Source of the DNA: Rhizaria sp. SCN 62-66
Lineage: Eukaryota
DNA: 64,000 nt
Direction: 5' to 3'
Assembly (NCBI GenBank): GCA_001724265.1
Contig: MEDY01000240.1
Span: 1 to 64,000 of the forward strand
The notes beneath the pieces are model-generated. The model was not told the DNA's origin, did no database searches, and worked only from the letters and a program-made list of their open reading frames with translations. A program made the position numbers and the translations under genes. Below are positions 60,201 to 64,000 of the stretch, in pieces. The stretch's first letter is position 1, and each line of letters begins with the position of its first letter.

Positions 60201-63200
60201 TGGCCGACACGGACGGTGGCCGCGGCGTGCGCGTGTACGCGCGCGTGCTCATCGATGACAACCTCTGCGACCGCGACTACTACATGCGCACCGCGACCGC
60301 CGCCGCCAACGCCAGCAGCGGTAGGAGCAGGGCCGCAATGTGCAAGCGCGATAGTGACGAGGTTGACGTGCTGTGCAGCAAGTGCTGGCAGCAGAGCACG
60401 ACGCGCCTCCCCACCGCCGCCGACCTCGCCGGCGTCGTCGGAAACGGCGACTCGACTAGCTTTGAGGTGCTGTGCGCGTACTGCAACGCGGCGTCGGCGA
60501 GCTTGCTCCCGCTGCTGCCCGCCGCAGCTGTGGACGTGCGCGCGCTCAGCGTGACACTGGGCGAGGCCGAGCTCACTCTCGACGCCGCCGCCGTGGCCGG
60601 TGTAGCCAGCCTGCAGGAGCGCGTGCGGCTACACTACCTCACCAAGGAGCACAACAAGAACAGCAGCAGCTATGGCAACGCCATTGATGACGACGGCAAG
60701 GACGCTGAGCCCAAGGTCGGGGTCAGGGTGCTCGCGTCGACCATCCTTACGCTCAAGGAGCCCGTCGCCCCCTGTCCCACTCATAGCGGCAGCGCCCCCC
60801 GCTGCCCCGCGCAGCCCGCGCGGCCCGCGGCGGCGGCTGCGGAGACGACAGGCTCTTTGGCCGTGACGGTTACTCTGGCGCCGCTGGAACACGCGGCCGC
60901 GCTGGCGCGGCTCGAGGCGACTGCCATCCAGGCTGAGCGCCGTAGTGACGCGGCCGAGGCGGGGGCCGTCGCGCTGCCGGGCGTGTGCGTGCCCATGCGC
61001 CTCACCGCCGACGCCGCGCGCATGCACCGCGCTGCGCTCAGCGACGCGCTCAATAACAATAACAACAGCAGCCCCAACAGCAATAACAGCGTGAGCATCA
61101 CTCTCGAGACGCTGCTGAGTAAGGTGCTGCCGGCGGTGCGCGCGCAGGCCGCCGCCGCCGCCGCCACGGCCGCCGCGGTCGACCATCGCTCTCGCAACCC
61201 CCTCAACCCCGCCTCTGCCGCTGCCTCTGCTTCTGCCGCGACAGCTACAACTGCAGCGGCGGCGACTGGGACGCACGCAGCACCCGCGGCCACGAGTACC
61301 CCGCGCGTGCCCGTCGCGGTGCCGGGCCGCGTGCTGGTCCCGTGGCCCCGACTGACGCTCAGCCTCGCCGACCTGCGGCTGCCGCTGTCCTGGGCCCGGG
61401 CGCCCGCACTGGCCGCGCTCGCTCTGAGCTTCTTCAGCGTCAGCGTCTCGCACCCCGGACTCGCCCCGCCGCGCCAGCCCTGGCTCGTGCCCGCCGGCAG
61501 CGTCGGCGCGAGCGCCAGGAATGTCGGTTGCGCTAGCGGCAGCAGTGACCCCGGTGTCGGTGGGAGCGGCGGCGGGCGCGCGCTGGCGCTGCAGTCAGGC
61601 TGGCGGCCGCCCATGGCCACGCACGCCGTGCGCGGCGACATCGTCGTCGCCGAGTACCCCAGTCAAACCAGCCAAGCCAGTCAAAACATCAACGCCAGCA
61701 GCAACGCGGACGACGCGAAGACTGACAGCTCTAGTGTTGAAGTCGCCTCTGCGAAAAGCAAGACTGCTGTCGCCGTTGCTGGCGCGACTGCCACCGCGCC
61801 AGTGCCCGTACCCGTGCTCTGGGTGCCTCTGCGCGCGGCCACGCAGCTTACCCCGCTTGCGGCCACTCCCTCCGCTCACGGTCACGGTGAAGAGATTATG
61901 GTGACTATGAGCGAGCTGCGGGCCACGCTGGCCGCGCTGCGCCGCGCACCACTGCTTCTCACGGTCACCATGTCGGACTCGCCATTCGCGCCCATCTCCA
62001 CAGCAACCACTGTCGAGGCTGACGGCGACTGTGCGGACAACGGCGACACCGATGGCGAGAGTGGCGACTGTGAGCATACGACGCGTGACCACTTGCAGCC
62101 GCGGCAGCAAGTGACCGTGAGCGCTCTGGACGGCTCCATCGCGCTCCCACCCGCCCACAGCCGTTCCGGCGCGCACGGCCCCGGCTACGGGCCCGCGCAC
62201 AGCACCGCCGACGCCGCCGCAGCCGCGCCCACGGCCACGCCCGCGATCGGCTCGCTGCAGGACCCGTGCCCCGGCGTGCCCGTGGACTTCGACGCTGTCG
62301 CTTACCTCGCCGCGCGCCCCGGCACGTACACCGGCTCCATGGGGACTTACACCGGCGACGGCGAGGGCGCGGAGGGCTATCAGTACGGCAACGGCGTGCC
62401 TGCGCAGTGGGACGCGCGCGGGCGCCGCGTGCACAACCCCTTCGTGCGGACCACCGCGCCCTTTTCCGCCGCGCCGCTCCGCAAGACCGCGGCCGCGGAC
62501 AAGCTCGCGCTCCACAACAAGAGCAACGCCTCCGCGGGCGTCGGCAACGGGGGCTTTCACGGCAATGGCAACGGCGGGAATAGCAACGCGGGCATCATGT
62601 CGGCCGCTGCGGGTCACTCCGCCTCCGGTGCTAGTTCTAGCTCTAGTTCAAGTGGCGCTTCTGTGAATCCCCCCGGGATGCTGTACGGCCGCCGCACCGG
62701 CTACGACGTGGCCCCTGCGCACCTGGCACGCCTCGCCGACACCGTGCGCGACTGCGCCGTCCGCCGCGGCCACGGCCTCGGCCACGGTGACGGCGACGGC
62801 CAAAGCGGGGAGGACGAATGGGCTGTGGACGCGGCGACCGCGGCCGACACGCTCGACATCCACCACCACGACGGCGACGGGAATGTCGCTAATACTGGCC
62901 GTGAGTTCGCAACTGTGGCCGCGCGCGGCGGACGTCTGCTGAAGAACACTGACTTCGCGACCACTCAGCATGTGTACGACGTCATCACCGGCGCAACCTA
63001 CGAACGCAAGCTCCGTGGCGAGCAGCCACTGCGTTCTGTTGGCAGCAGCGGCAGCAACAGTAACGTGACTGCAAGCGGCGTCAAGACGGGCAGCAAGGCC
63101 ATCGCCGACTGGCTCTGGAAGGAGAAGGTGTGCGCCAGCGGCGTCTTCACCGTCGCCAACGCTAACGGCAGCGGCAGCGGCAGCGACAACGGCGCCGCGA

Positions 63201-64000
63201 TCACTGCTGCCAGCACTGCTAACAGCAGCAGCAGCAACAGCAGCAGCAAGGCCAGCAGCGGCGCCAGCGTGTGCAGCGGGTCCAACACGCGCGAGATCGC
63301 TACGTGCGCCGTCTCCGCCAGCGAGCTCGCGGACGCGCTCGTCGCCTCCGTGGCGATGCGGCTTAACTTGAAGGACCCGCGCCAGCTCGACCGCGAGTAC
63401 GGCTTGACTTTCATCTCGGACCCCCGTCGCCAGCAGCGCAGTACAAGCGTCTCCTCGCAGTCCAGCGGCGCGAGCAATAGCGACGGCAACGCCGCGTTTG
63501 GCGTGAACGCGCTCAGGCGCCGCGAGACCGCGATGGCGGTGGCGCTGCTGGCGGCGCCGCCGTCGCCGCTCGACGCCGCCGCGGCGGCCGCGGCGAAGCG
63601 CGAGCCTGTGTGCGTGGGCGCGCTCGCGCGGGCCGGCGTTGTCGACTACACCGTCGCGCCGTGGGCCGCGGCGGGCGCGGGCGGCGAGAGTGAGACGAGC
63701 AAGGCTGCGGCGGCCATCAACGCGCTCCAGCAGCAGCAAGGCGACGACGGAGCCGCTGTGGCGGCCAACGAGGAACGCAAGCCGGGCTGCCCTGTGACGA
63801 CGCATAAGCCGCTGAGTGAGGCTGCGCTGGTGCGGCTTGACTTCAAGATCGACCCCTATGTAGCCGACGGTAGCAGCGGCAGCAAGAGCGTTGAGTCGGT
63901 GACTGCGGCTGAGGAACATGAGGCGTGGGAAGCTTACCTGCAATCGCAACAGCCGCCACAGAAGCCGCAGCAGCAGAAGAGTCAGCTCAACAACTCAATG
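57254..64000 (+). CDS. C2CD3: C2CD3-like centriolar protein (3' end outside window), with in-frame TAG at 58799-58801
   Basis: N-terminus SLPPGVRG..LTIDRVQW..VRAKWWGD..YLSDMKLLVCDV..LGQLSLHLAFTPL parallels the C2CD3 N-terminal C2 domain as I recall it. Intron 57537-57686 (GTTCGT..CAG) restores YLSDM. After the TAG the frame appears open for 1733 codons to the window end, because no closed ORF is listed in the track despite in-frame ATGs. Confidence 0.8.
58799..58801 (+). other. in-frame TAG (putative sense codon, likely Gln)
   Basis: GAC CAA CAA CAG CAG CAG CAA CAA CAG TAG CAG CAC GCA. Confidence 0.7.

Noticed and set aside
670-63949. Hundreds of overlapping Arg/Ala-rich ORFs in the track
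   Set aside because: Alternative-frame artefacts of GC-rich coding DNA.

Overview
GC-rich, gene-dense nuclear DNA from a flagellated eukaryote, probably a protist (lineage not identifiable from this window). About 15 protein genes are supported: a NOG1-like GTPase, a 3.7-kaa low-complexity protein, a mitochondrial carrier, CFAP100, CCDC115/Vma22, a PqaA/AprA-like hydrolase, an AXDND1-like/EF-hand protein, two secreted proteins, an M6PR/ATG27-like receptor, ANKZF1/Vms1, RPL39, an ARM-like protein, a giant WD40 protein and a C2CD3-like gene that runs off the right edge. Introns are short GT-AG introns with a GTACGT-type donor. Main observation: three genes are each interrupted by one in-frame TAG with the frame continuing, one of them inside a poly-Gln CAA/CAG run. 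All 14 true gene ends I could define use TAA (8) or TGA (6), never TAG. This suggests a variant nuclear code in which UAG is a rare sense codon (Gln most likely) while UAA and UGA remain stops. Cryptic introns or sequence errors are the alternatives to exclude. Family assignments come from my recall of motifs; no database search was run.
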